A DNA stretch of 64,000 nt, taken from assembly GCF_020745735.1 (NCBI RefSeq), contig NC_083407.1:106754748-106818747 (forward strand). Reading direction: 5' to 3'. Source of the stretch: Hemiscyllium ocellatum. Its lineage: Eukaryota. Position numbers and translations under genes: made by a program. Shown here piece by piece: positions 33,786 to 46,659 of the stretch (its first letter is position 1; every line of letters begins with the position of its first letter). The notes below the pieces were generated by a model that made no database searches, was not told the DNA's origin, and worked only from the letters and a program-made list of their open reading frames with translations.

Positions 33786-34488
33786 TCCACTTGATATATT
33801 TGGGTGATAGTCATTGCATGTAGTTAAATATCTTAATCACTTTCAAACAATGTCAGTCTCTGCATTGGAGTCTGTAGGTTTCATTTTCTCTTGCATTCTA
33901 CTTTAAATTGGGTGAAACTTCTGTCGCTGCTTCCCAAAATGGGTTTGAGACCGTGTTGTGCTTTATGCAACTGAAGCAATTTTAATCCTCTTGTTTTTAA
34001 ATTGTGGGCATGGCCTAAATGACAGTCTGGGAAGCTTTTGTAGCCATTTGAAAATGGTAGACATCACAAACTTGAAATTGGTTCATGATGCATTCCAATC
34101 CCCTCCCTGACTGCCCATGTGCTCCAAGGTATCTGAGGGGTTATGACAGTTGTCCAATACTGAAATAGGCTCTGGTGTGGCAAATGTTTCAGTAACCTTT
34201 GTTCTGTGTGGTTGAGTAACTTTAAGTTTGCATGATTTGGGTAGAACTTCTTTACCTTGTTACTTCTGAAAACTGTAGTTTAAACTTCCTCAAATATAGT
34301 TGGCACTGATATATTCCATCACTCAGAGGGTTGAGCAAACTGTTTCGGCTGGTTTATTTCAGATTTATACATATCACGTTTCCATTTATAGCTTTGATTG
34401 TGGTTGACTTGAGTTGACTGTGTTAGGCTAATTTGCAGATGGGGGGTGCTTTTTTTTTATATATCTAATAATCTCTCTTCCCTTGCAG

Positions 34489-34556
34489 CCAAACTGGTTC
34501 CTGTAGGCTATGGCATCAAAAAGCTACAGATTCAATGTGTAGTGGAAGATGACAAG
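34489..34556 (+). CDS. EEF1B2: EEF1B2 coding exon 6 (68 nt)
   Basis: [23 protein letters not shown]; CAG acceptor and AAG|GTAAGA donor. Confidence 0.96.
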
Positions 34557-36009
34557 GTAAGAACAAAATCTGAATTTACAAATCTGTAATTAGCTGCTGA
34601 AAGCCTGTATTTAAATAAGTGCCTGTCTGAATTTTTCAAGCTGCCTATTTTAATTCGTTTGAATTATTGAAGTATTCTAGAGTTAAATTGATCTTCCAGA
34701 AAAGATTGGCTAGTCTATTGGTCCTGATTTTTGAATTGAGTGCTTTCCAGCTGCCCCCTCTTTCACACTTGGGTTAAATGCTCACTTATTGTCTCAGAAG
34801 TACTCTGTTGATGCTAACTGTTCTGGCAGAATTTTGAACCTGACTAATAAAGGTGAATGAGTGACCTATTAAGCATGTGATGCTTCTGAATTTAGGTTTT
34901 GCTTCTGAATTTAGTTTTAGCTTGTCATTGCCAGCTTCAAAAATTAAGAGCCAATTCGTAAGCATGAACTCTGTCCCTTTTACAACTGAACTGAGATAGC
35001 AAGTACAAGTATTTGATTTGTTGTTTTGATGAATTAACATTTGTTTGAATCCTGTGTTTCCTTTTAAACATGGTGTTGAGTAAAAATTTTGACTGTCAGG
35101 CTTGAACTTTAATTTGCATGATTTAGTTGAATCTTGTTGAATTTTGCAAACTTCTGTTACAAATGCACAGATTTGCTTGTGAAGAATTTGGTGTTAATTT
35201 GCTTAGGCAAATCAGATGAAAGTGTTCTGTTATAGTGCATACATTTTGATGAAGCTGATGTTAGAATGGGTGAGATTTGTTTATGGTCAATAAGTAACAT
35301 CCTGCAGAATTTCCACAATGCAGTCTCTGTAGCCTCTACGGTCTTAGAATCATAGTACAGAAGACGCACTTCAGTCCATAAAGTCTGCACTGACTACTCC
35401 AGATCTATACTAGTCACACTTAGTAGCACTTGTCCCAAGGCCTTGAATGTTACTATTGAGTGGTTGTCTAAGTTATTGTTTAAAAAGTTGAGGTTTTGTG
35501 CTTAGACCGCCCCCTCAGGCTGTGCATTCCCGATTGCTGTCACCCTGTAATAAAATCTCCTCGAATCCCCTCCGATTTGCCTTCGTCCTGAATGGTACCT
35601 CTTTCCCCAGTTGTCGTCATGTCCTTGATGTACTTATCCTATAACTTTTTTTGCTTTCTCCCCAAATGTTGTATGGCAGTGTTTTACTTGTTCTGGAATT
35701 GGAATTTAGCTTTTCCTTTATCCATTTGCCACTGGGAAGTTCAAGTTCTAGTAAGCTGAAGGTGGGAACATGATCTAACTCTATCTTTTTGTTTCATATA
35801 TCTATAGTCTGAAGCATCATGGTTCCTGTGGTTATGAATGTTAATTTACTGGTAGCCTTATTTAAATTGGTTAAATTGATTTATGAAGCAAGCTGTTTAC
35901 CACAAGTTTATCTGAATTGACTTCCTGTTACTGTTTTTAAATCCCAAATGCAGTTTTGTAAAGTATCTTGGCATTTAAAGGTGCATACACAATTTTGAAC
36001 TCGTATGAA

Positions 36010-37400
36010 CTGAGGTATACAGTGTGGAAACACCCTTTGGTCCAGTGTGATCATGCTAACTGTCACAAAGTAAACTAATCTCACCTGCCTGCACTTTGCC
36101 TGTAGCCTTTTAAATCTTTCCATGTAATTATCCAAACTACTTTCAGATTTTCAAACTATTTTGGTATTCACCACTTCCTCTGGAAGTTATTTTTTAAAAA
36201 GTCTATCATTTTCAATCTTTTTCCCTTAATATGCTTCCCAGTCTTGAACTCTTCTACCTGAGGAACAAGACACCTGCTTTTCACTTTAATTATACTCATG
36301 ATTTTATAAGCCTGTAAGGTCACCTCCAGAGTCCTATGCTGCAATGCAAAATGTCCCAGCTTGTCCTTATGAACCTTGTTAAATGTCCTGTCTTCGTGGC
36401 AACATCCTGGTGCATCGTTTCTGAACCCTTCCCAATTTAATATCCTCTCTAGCAGAGTGACCAGAACTGAGCACATACTCCAAGAGGCCATACCAATGTC
36501 CTAGGCATAAATCTTGTCCTTAGTTTATCAAAGCGCAATACCTCTTTTATCCTAATTAAACTCATAATTGCCACTCCTGAATCCATTGACCCAGTTAATC
36601 AAGGTGTCTTTGTAATGTTAAATAACTACCTTCACTATCTGCTATACCGCTGAGTTTGGTGTCATCCACAAATGTAGTAACCATGCTTCATTTTCATCTA
36701 AATGTTCACTTTAGTGACAAAAGTGAACCCTGTGGAGCACCACTGGTCAAAAGCCTCAAACGAATTGGCAGGCTCACCCTGAATCCTAGAAGATCAAACT
36801 TCACAAATTAGTCTACTGTGCAGAACCTTGTTAAATGCTTTTAAAGTCAATGTAAACATAGACTCTGCCCCCTCCTTCCCCAGTCAGTGTTGGTTTCTTC
36901 CTCAAACTCAGTCACATTTGAGACATGATTCTTTGCACAAAACCAGGCTGACAATCCCTAACTTGGCCTCTAAGTACACAAATTTATCTTTAAGAATCAC
37001 CTCCAATTTATCGCCACTTTTTTTAGCCTTCAAGGCACAACATTGTCCGTCCTCCAGTCAACATGTACCTCATCTGTAGTTAGCAATATTTCTGCTAGGG
37101 TCCCAACAATTTCTTGCCGAACTTCTAAAGTATCCTGGGGTGCACTTCATTAGTTCCAAGCGATTTATCAACTTTTTTCTCAGCACTCCACCACTTCCTC
37201 CTCTAACATGAACTGTTTTTGAAACATGAATTTTTTTAAGTTCTGGACTCTCCATTTCTTTCTCCATAGAAAATACTCATTTCAGTATCTGTCCCATCTC
37301 CTGAGTTTCAACACAGATTCTCATTGATCTTTTAAGGGTTGTGTTCTCTCATTCTTAATGTACTTGCAGAATTTTTGGATTTAACCTTAACTGCCAATAG
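36010..37400 (-). mobile_element. Heavily eroded CR1 in EEF1B2 intron 6
   Basis: Collinear with the CR1 RT-to-tail sequence but interrupted by many small deletions. Confidence 0.75.
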
Positions 37401-37440
37401 TCTTTGTCTTAGAATAATCTAATTGAGTATTTCTTTTCAG

Positions 37441-37527
37441 GTGGGAACAGATATGCTGGAAGAAGCTATTGTTACATTTGAAGATTATGTACAATCTGTT
37501 GATGTTGCAGCCTTCAACAAAGTGTAG
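37441..37527 (+). CDS. EEF1B2: EEF1B2 coding exon 7 (87 nt including TAG)
   Basis: [28 protein letters not shown]; the exons sum to 678 nt = 225 aa + stop. Confidence 0.97.
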   Translation: MGTDMLEEAIVTFEDYVQSVDVAAFNKV

Positions 37528-37548
37528 AATGACAACAAATGAACACTT

Positions 37549-37554
37549 AATAAA
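37549..37554 (+). terminator. EEF1B2 proximal polyadenylation signal (second AATAAA at 38026-38031)
   Basis: AATAAA 21 nt after the stop codon, followed by a GT/T-rich downstream element. Confidence 0.75.
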
Positions 37555-38032
37555 AATTGACGTGTCCAGAACTTAACCTGGTCCTTTGTCTTATTGAGGT
37601 GGTGTTTTTGTGGCCTTGGAATTTCAAAAACCAAGGAAGTGAAGATTACCAGTCTGCCATGGAAGATTTTGAACTGAATAGTCTTACTGAAGTTGACAGT
37701 GTATGAAGTTGCTTGCACAGGAGCCTCAGTTCATCATGACATGGAACAGAATTTGGTTAAGTCACATGGAATTGCCTGTTTCCCTTTGCCTCATTTAATT
37801 TGTTTCAACAGCAATTCCTTCAGTAAACACTGACTTGAATGATCATTTTTCAATCTGATAGGCAAGCTGTTTCGTGCACCATTGATGTGGAGATTGCAAT
37901 GGAAGACTTAGAGACAATGACCAACTGTTGACTTTGTAACTTGTAGTTTTCCCACAGTATTAAAGGCCCAAGTTTTCTATGAAAGGAAATTGTAGTCCAG
38001 TGTTAATGTAAATTGCATTGTTTGGAATAAAT

Positions 38033-38600
38033 CAAAGCATGGACAGTTCAATCAACTCACCTGTGCCAACCAGACATCCCAATCTTGCCTCGTTCCATTT
38101 GCCTTTGTTTGGAACATATCCCTCTAAACCTTTCCTATCCATGTCCACATTCAGATGCATTTAAACACTAACTGTCCCCACTTCACCTTCCTCTGGCAGC
38201 TTGCTCCATATAAGCAACCCTTTGAAAAGGTTGCCCCTCGATCCTTAATCTTTCACCTCCTCTCCAGCCTATGCCCTCTAATTTTGGATTCCCCTACTGA
38301 GCAAAGACCATGGCTATTCACTCTATCCATATCCTATGTCCTTCCAAACCCAAGGTACCTCAGCCTTTGACACTTCATAAGGTGGTGGGGAAGACTGAAC
38401 GTTTTTGACACTTCAAAATAACTCAAAGCCTCCAGTCCTTGCACAATCCTTGAAAATATATGCCCTCACGTTTAACAACCTTCTATTAGGCCAGAATTGC
38501 ACACAAAAGTAGTCTTAAACAATGTCCTGCACAACTGCAATGCACCAACCTATCTACCTGCAATTTGTTTCAATGAACAATGCACCTGCACCAAAGGTGA
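38033..38600 (-). mobile_element. Eroded CR1 3' fragment
   Basis: CCTCTAAACCTTTCCTA...CTCTGGCAGC...AAGGTTGCCCCTC...CCAGAATTGCACAC. Confidence 0.75.
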
Positions 38601-41600
38601 AGTTGAACGTTAAAAATACCAAATGCTGATCTGGAATTTGAAGGGTTTTCTGTAACTTTCATCGGCTGTATGAAGCTTGCAAGGCCTCTTTGCCCCTCCC
38701 AATTGCCATTGAAGGTATTTGAGCAGTATCGTTAAAATGCTGCATGCTGTAGGTCGACCACAGTCTGAGAGGAGAGGGTGCATTCCAGTATTTTCCCCCA
38801 GCAGGAGTGGAGAAAGATGATTGTTGAAAATAAAGATAATGTGTGGCTTGGAGGAAAATGTCCCAACTGGTGATGCTCCCATGCCTCGACTGTACTTAAT
38901 GGCAGCAATTACAAGTTTGAAAGCAAACTTGGAGTTGCTGTGAACATTCAATCTGATTCAGTAAGTTGGTTGGACAGCTGGTTTGTAGTGCAGTGACTCA
39001 TCAGCCCAAGTTCACTTTGCTTGACAGTTGAGATTACTACATGAAGTGCCTGGTTTCTCAACACTACAAGAGCAGTCTGATTTTGGAAGTATCCTATCAT
39101 TCCCATCCTTTCCTTGTGAAAGGAAGGTTGTTGAAGATTGCTTGGATGTTACCATGTGAAAATCCTGTGGTGATGTCCTCAACTGAAGATTGTCCAAAAA
39201 CCTACGACCATCTTGCCATCTGTAACCACTGTCATGGGGCTCCTTGATTACATATTCAACCTAATGTGGTCTTGATGTCAAGAGCAGTCATTCTTCCTTG
39301 CCCTGTGGATGGGTGAGCTGTAATAAAGTCAGGAGTGAGTACCCCTGGCTAAGTATCAGTCAGAATGCTGATTAGGTGCTGCTTGATAGAAATACACTTA
39401 ACCATGCTTAACAATGAGCTGACTAGTGAGGTAATTGACTGGATTGGGTTTTGTCCTGCTTAGTGTTAAGGACATACCTTGGAAATCTGTTGATAAATGC
39501 CAGTATTGGAACTGGTGCTGTTCGGCTGGAGCTACAGCACAAACTTTAATATTGTTGGCAAGTCTGGGTCCCTTGTCTTGGCAGCATCCAGTACCTTCAG
39601 CTTTGTCTTGCAGTGAATTGAATTTGCTTTACACTGGATACCTCTAGGGAGTTCTGTTAGAGGTTAGTATCCCATTGTAGACCCTTGATCTGACTAATGC
39701 CAAGATTTCATACAAACATGGGTGAACTATTTTGTCACCAGTTACACTGACTCCATCCCCTCACCAAGCACAATTGAGATCAGTTTCATTGACTATTTGC
39801 CCTTCTGGTTCTCCATGTTAGAAATGCCATAAGTTGAGTTTCTAACACCAATCTGACTGTCAATTACTGAACATTTGAAATACTTTTTCAGGATCGTCAG
39901 CTGTGCCAAATCCTAATGCATTGCTGATTGTTTAAAATAAAGTTCTTTTTCCATGGCTGAGTGTGATATCAAGCAGGTGAAGCTATCAATCAATGCAACT
40001 TTTCAATGATTAGTTTGGCAATTATGAAAACCAAGGGCATTAGAGTTGGCACTGTTCCCAGTGGTAAATTGAACTAATAAGAAAGATCAGATTTGAAGAT
40101 GGCAAAAGAAGCAAATATGCTGTGGAAAAGATTTGTGAAGGGTGTTAGTCTGTGATGTAATCACTGGTGTTATGGTCAAGGTATTCTAGAGGATGAGATC
40201 TGATTTGTCTGATCAGACAACTGTACAGAGTTGCGCAGGAATGGCCCCATTTGGAGAGCTGATGCAGACAAGTGGCCATCTTCATAACACATTTTTGATG
40301 CTGGGAGTCTGCTTTTCAGCTCTGGTCCATTTAGGACTTGAAAATTCTTTTTCACTGAAATACTGCAGGGTCATATCACTTGCACAATTTCAAGAGCAAT
40401 GAAATTGCAAGATTAATCTGTAATCTTGCATGGTGACTTCTATTTGGCTGAACTATTTACACTTAATGGGTAGATTTAACAGCTTGCTTTCCATTGTTGG
40501 AATGGGGAAAGTGGTATCACTGAAACAAGTTATTTCCCGGTGTACGGTGATCAATTCTACTAGGCACCCAGGGGCTTTAAGGAAAGAAGGCTGTTAGTCC
40601 AACTTAGGACATGAATGATTACTTGAGCTGGGGTTTGTGCCACGTTGCAAGATAAGTCACCGGGTTATTGTGCATCAGTGTGGAAAAACCTGCTTCTTCA
40701 GGTCAGGTATATGGAAGCCAGTGATTACTGCAAAGTCTTTGAAAAATTAGCTTTGAATATCTTTGAATTCTCCACATTTAAAAATGCTTTTGAAACCTTG
40801 CTGTACCATTGTTTGAGGTCTAAGAATTCCAAGCATTATCTGATATTACTGATGTTTATCTTTGCAAAGTGCAGCTCAGATTCAGTTAGCCTGTTGAATG
40901 AATGGATCCTGGCTGGGAGACGTCAATAATATGATCGACTCCAATACTTTTGTACTTGGTACAGTGATGAGGATAAGTGGTGAAATTGCAGTGTTATCCA
41001 TTAGGTTTTGGATTAATCACCAGGAATTTTTTCGCAGGACTTCACAACTAACCAGCTTAATTGGTAGATAATGTTGCATTTTCCTGGTTTTTCCAAATGA
41101 TTTTTTTCCCTTTTCAATTTGGATGTTCAAACAAATAATTTATTTCCACAGACACTGAAGTATTGAACGAAGTGGATTTTTGCATTTACTGGGCTTTTGT
41201 CTACAAGTTGCTGCGTTTGAGATTTACTTGCAATGAGCAAGTTTTAGCTTTTTCAGTCCATTTGAGAGTGCTAGAAATGGTAAAAAGAACTAGCAATGTT
41301 GTGGCACAACTTGGCAATTCAACTCTCCGTCTTGAGGCAACATTGGCACTTTGCTGTAAAGTCTTTAACAATATGTATAGCATGTAAGCAAGAGTTAGCG
41401 TCCAAGCCTGTTCCACCATTCACTGAAATCATGGCTGATCTGTGGCTTAACTCCATATGCCTGCCTATAATTCAATCTCTTAATCTAAACTATTCTCAAT
41501 TAGTTAGTGAATGATCCTACATCTCATGTTTTGTCAAAAACTTCCAAATATCTACCACCCTTTGAGAAACACTTTTTACACATCTTCAGTGCATGCTCCC

Positions 41601-41860
41601 TAATATTTAGACAGTTTCTATCTTAGAATCCCTAATCAATAGAAATGGCTTTTTTTATCTACTGTTTTTTTCTGCTAATATTGTAACTTTGATCAGATCA
41701 TCTCTAGCCTCTTAAAATTCAAAATCAAGCAGGTTTAAGATGGATGTTGTGTTTACTCCTTCCAAGGTGTGGTCCCCAGATCTGCTGTCAGTACTCCTGA
41801 GTGAGTGTTCTTGGTACAGTTGCTCGTAATTGCAGTAAAATTTCTTTGTACTCTGCTCCT

Positions 41861-42148
41861 GATTAGATTAGATTCCCTACAGTATGGAAACAGGCCTTTC
41901 AGCCCAACAAGTCCACACTGACCTTCTGAAGAGTAACCAACCCAGACCCATTCTCCTACTCTATATTTGCCCCTGACTAAAGCATCTAACACTGGGCAAT
42001 TTTGCTTTGCCAATTCACCTAGCCTGCTTTGTGGATTGTGGGAGGCAACCCGCACAGACATGGAGAATGTGCAAACTCTACAGTCACCTGAGGTGGGAAT
42101 TTAACCTGGGTCCCTGGTGCTGAGGCAGCAGTACTAGCCACTGTGCCA
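41861..42148 (-). mobile_element. HE1-type V-SINE, eroded
   Basis: (GATTA)n tail on the left, reverse-complement tRNA head on the right; part of the V-domain deleted. Confidence 0.85.
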
Positions 42149-42323
42149 TTTTCTGCACTTGTGTAGCACCTTCAAGATCTTTATGCCTGAACCACCAAGT
42201 CATCTTGGACATTCATTGTATTTCACAATGTACCATCTAGAAAGGATCCTTTGATGCAAAATAATCTCACAATTGCTTTCACTGTCTGCCACAAGTTTGC
42301 CCATTAAAATTACTAAGGGATAT

Positions 42324-42599
42324 GATTAGATTGTGTGGAAACAGACTCTTCGGCCCAACACGTCCACACCGACCTGCCGAAGCGCAACCCACCCATACCC
42401 CTTACCTAACACTACGAGCAATTTAGCATGGCCAATTCACCTGACCCGCACATCTTTGGACTGTGGGAGGAAACCGGAGCACCCGAAGGAAACTTGGGCG
42501 GACACGGAGAATGTGCAAACTCCACACAGTCGCCTGAGTCGGGAATTGAACCCGGGTCTCAGGCGCTGTGAGGCAGCAGTGCTTGCCACCGTGCCGCCC
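42324..42599 (-). mobile_element. HE1-type V-SINE, young
   Basis: Reverse complement near-identical to the 17214 copy. Confidence 0.92.
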
Positions 42600-42942
42600 A
42601 CCATGGACATAGACTATCACCTACGTTGTACAATGCTGCCTAGGTTTGTTCACTAGGCCATTCCATGAGCTGCCAGTATCAGTACTTGTGTTCTCCTTGA
42701 ATAATCTCCATCTTTCCACCTGATTTTTCTTTCCTCTTAAATGCATCCAAACTCTTTCTTCAACCATTGCATATAACAAGCCCCATGTTTTTCCTGCATA
42801 GGTGAATGTTTCTTCTGAATTCCCTACTGAATTTCTTAGTAACTTGTGTTGATCAGTAGTTGCGTTATTCCCTGCAATAGAAAATGGTTTCTGCATTCTT
42901 AACTGAGCTTTTCATAATGGAAAGCCTCTCCTTTTTTTTAAA

Positions 42943-43157
42943 AGGAGAAAGTTGAGGACTGCAGATGCTGGAGATCAGAGTTGTGTGGTAATGGAAAAGC
43001 AAAGCGGGCAGACAGCATTCGAGGAGCAGGAGTGTGTTTTGGGCATAAGCCCTTCAGCAGGAATCCTGAGGAAGGGCTTATGCCCAAAATGTCAATTCTC
43101 CTGGTCCTCGGATGCTACCTGACCTGCTTTGCTTTTCCAGCACCACGCTCTGGACTC
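42943..43157. mobile_element. Hairpin Penelope-derived element
   Basis: GGGCATAAGCCCTTC...GAATCCTGAGGAAGGGCTTATGCCC palindromic centre; degenerate hammerhead core. Confidence 0.78.
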
Positions 43158-44949
43158 AGCCTTTTTCAGGCTGTTTCTGCAGATTGTGTGCTTCACTGGT
43201 GTGCATACTTGCACACTTTAACCAAGTGAAAGTGAAATCATTTACATTTTAAATGCCATCTTTTTGTTGGTACTAGATTGAGTCCCAGTTCAGAGACTTC
43301 AAGTGCCATCTAGTCACGTCCAATGTGTACTCAAGGTCTGCTGCACTGCTGAGTGCCATTTTTCAGTTAAGATGTGCCCTGTCTGACCCTGGTTTTTTTT
43401 AAATTGTTCCAGCGCTAGCTAACATTATTAGTTATACATTGAACTGGCTAAATTTATTCTTTATTCTTATGACTAGTTTTTCTTGCTCTACACAACTTTG
43501 ACTCTGATGTTGTCCTGTTGTATTGATTGCCTAGTTTCAATTTGGAAAAGTTAATGTTTTAAGGACATAGGTTGTCAAAGGTGCAGTACAAATGCAAGTT
43601 ATTTTTGCAGTAATATATTCGTAGAATCATGCACAAAGCCTGTTTTGTACTTTAAATGTGTTCTGTCATAACGTGGTGATGGCATTATACTAAATGTAGT
43701 TGCTAGAATGTCTCAAATAAAATCTTTAAGCTGTAGAACTGACCTTTTAGTCCATGACAACGATGTGTAGAACACTCAAATTAAGCTGCAGCAATTTTTT
43801 TGTGACAAAACACTTATTGGCAGAGCTGCAGGTTTGAGGGGTAAATGCTGGAAGAGCCGGTGCAATCCAGACTGCCTTGAGTTTAATGGTTGACAACTTT
43901 TGTTCAACCACTGAACTCCCATTTCTACTGACCAATTGCACGTTGTGTAGTGACAGTACTGAGCCCTGTCGGCGCCCGTGTCTTTGCAGTTGATGCTTCC
44001 CGACTAAATCACCCACCAAGTAGCATGATTTGTAAGAGTGAAACACTCGCTCCGAGCAAGTCCTATCTCAGCAATTAGTTCACCTATCTTAAACAGTGTT
44101 TCGACTTATTTGATATCCGTACATGACAGGGTTCAACTAACTCCTCAGGAGTAAGAGTCCTAGAAGAGAGAAAAATCACTGATTTCGCTGATTTGAGGGA
44201 AAATGATCATCAGTGCTGTGTCGCATTGGCTTCGTCAATGCCTTAATTCACAATGAAGGGATCGACTTGTTTGCCGTTCATCAGTGCCTATCATAGCTGC
44301 AGAATTGTCAATATCTTAGCAGTAGGATGGCATTTAATTGTTGTTAATCCCGATCAGAAAATAGCTGAGTGTTGAATCCAGATCTTAAACGCTAATTCTC
44401 GAATCTAAGTGATAAGGATGTTTAGTATCTTTCTGCTGTTTCGTCCGTTGTTTCTTCCAAGTGTCGCAATCTTCGACCTTTTTGCTTCAAGATCTGTCGT
44501 CTGCCTTGACAATTACCTGGCAAAAGTTCCACCATCTTAGTGTGACCACGGCTGCACTGAGAATCTAACACACCGTTTGTGTTGAGAAATTAGGAGGGTG
44601 AGCCTTGGTCGTTGACTTGTTCCAACTGGACCTGAACAGCCCGACCAGCGACGCTCCTCCTTATGGTCTTATTATGGTCCATTCCTAAATGTGTCCCATC
44701 TGCAGTTGCTAATGCGGAATAAATACTGAAATTATCCCTGTCCAGGATCTTCCCTGTAATTCCCGGTCAGTTTTGAATATCTGTACTACGCTCGAGCATC
44801 CAGAATCAAATGAAACACTTTGAAATGCATTCTGCCAAAACCGATGGCAGGTTTTGTTTTCAGATATTCATCTTTGCTTTTTTTTTCCCCAGTTGCTGGC
44901 ACTTCCAAGTGCTTTCAGCGCTTTGTTCTTTTTTTTTAAACGTCAAGCT

Positions 44950-45400
44950 GCTGTGCTTGGTGGGGATGGGAAAGGAACAGAAATTTGCCTTTTCTTTCTC
45001 CTCGGCTTTCTAAGTGGCAGCCATCCGGGCGTTCCTTCCCGGGCCTGTAGCAAACATGAAGTCGAGGATCCCTTTAACGGTGGGCGCGGCCGCGTTTTCC
45101 CCGTCGGCGGCCAGTAAATCGCCCTGCAGCCCCTTTAAGAGTGGCCAGGAAGTAGAGCAGGAAGCAGCTGAACTCTGACCGTGAGGGTGGAAGCACATTC
45201 AGCGCGCTCGAAAGGCACGGTAAGGGGAGGGGGCGACGCTGTGTATCTGGGGGCCTGGGGGTGGAGGGGGGAGGTGGTGGTGTTCAATGTGGGAAGTGAC
45301 TACTTGACTGGGAGAGACGTGCGCGCGCGCGAGCGAGGCGAACCCGAAGTACCACGCGTGGAACGCTCAATTACTTGTTACTTTCAATGTTGCAACTTGC
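44950..45400 (+). promoter_or_regulatory. Second CpG-island promoter with a putative non-coding first exon ending at 45219 (gene unidentified)
   Basis: CpG-rich; CCCTTTAAGA TATA-like motif 45131-45140; tandem CAGGAAG ETS cores; donor ACG|GTAAGG; (GC)n run 45320-45331. Confidence 0.7.
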
Positions 45401-46377
45401 ACGGTGTATCTTTCAAGCCCCAAGGGAGGACACATCAGCTCAAGAGTTGGTTTTATTTTCGCACGGGGAGCTGAGGTGGTAGTGTTGAAATGCATTTGAA
45501 CAATTGTCTACTCCACCCACCAAGGCAACCCATCTTCTTTAACGCGAATTCTATTTGTTTTGATTCGCTTGACCTCAACACCGGAATCTTAATCCTCCTC
45601 CCAACTCCCCCCGCCTCCCGGTCTGTAAGCAACTGCTGAGCTGTCAATGGTCGAGAAGGGGGAAGGAGACCAGTGTTACTCGTGCAGCTCAAGCGTGACA
45701 ATTTAAACGTGTTTTCTGAAGCTTTTAAGGCAGGCCATTCCTAAAGAGACAGAATAAGCAATTGCGTTTACTGAAGACGTCTGGCTGAGCTTGATTACGT
45801 CTAACAGTCAATGTAAACTTTCTGCTTCCTGTGTGTTTAAAGACTGTAACTGATGGTCTTGTAAAATATATTTTGAGCTGTAAGCAAATGATTTTGATCA
45901 AAGCTTGTACATCTGGTATCAAATCAAAATTCTATTCGTCTCCGCCCGAAGATTAACCAATGTTGTGCACACGTTTGACAGCAGAAGCTAGGCCTATTTC
46001 GAATAAAGATATTTTAATTTGATCCAATTCCCCTATCGTTTGGGGGGGGGGGGGGAGTTACTTTTGTGTTAGCGCCTTCGAAGCCAGCAAGTAGTGTTTC
46101 TCTCCCTGCATTAACTGAATTGAGGTCTGCAGTTGACAGCTGACAGTGTGCAGTCTCGTATTAAGCTGCAGTGTCCATCTTTTAATGTTGAATTTGTGGC
46201 AGGGATCCAGTGGCAGCCTGGTAGGTTTTGCACTGTCAGGTATTGGTGATTCCAAGTTTGTCATTCGATGCAGATATTTTCTAATTAACCAGTTCAGAGA
46301 TTTTATTACACACTTTGAGAGAATGTGGGATTTAAACCAAGGTTTCCTGGCCCAGAGGTAGGCACATTACCACTGCA

Positions 46378-46659
46378 GGAGAAAGTGAGGACTGTAGATG
46401 CTGGAGATCAGTGCTTAAAAATATGTTGCTGGAAAAGCGCAGCAGGTCAGGCAGCATCCAAGGAGCGGGAGAATCGACGTTTCGGGCATAAGCCCTTCTT
46501 GCAGAGGATCCGGAGGGAGGTCTGTTGCTGGAGGCTTCAGCTTTGTTGTAGGTACTGGTTGTCCTGGTTGGGTCCAAAGGGCTTGTGCCCGAAACGTCGA
46601 TTCTCCTGCTTCTTGGATGCTGTCTGACCAGCTGTGCTTTTCCAGCAACACATTTTTAA
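46378..46659. mobile_element. Hairpin Penelope-derived element with a TSD of about 16 bp, splitting a tRNA-SINE head
   Basis: Inverted arms; GCACA(T/A)TACCACTGCA at 46362-46377 and 46660-46675. Confidence 0.8.

Noticed and set aside
34085-34135. Additional C/D snoRNA (ATGATGC...CTGA...CTGA) in EEF1B2 intron 5
   Set aside because: Imperfect box C, too short, no terminal stem, and only a 9-nt rRNA complement not adjacent to a D box
43060-43100. Active hammerheads in the hairpin elements at about 25530, 30915, 43065, 46480 and 61955
   Set aside because: Catalytic core mutated (GAAA to AAAA/AAAG, or an insertion in CUGANGA)
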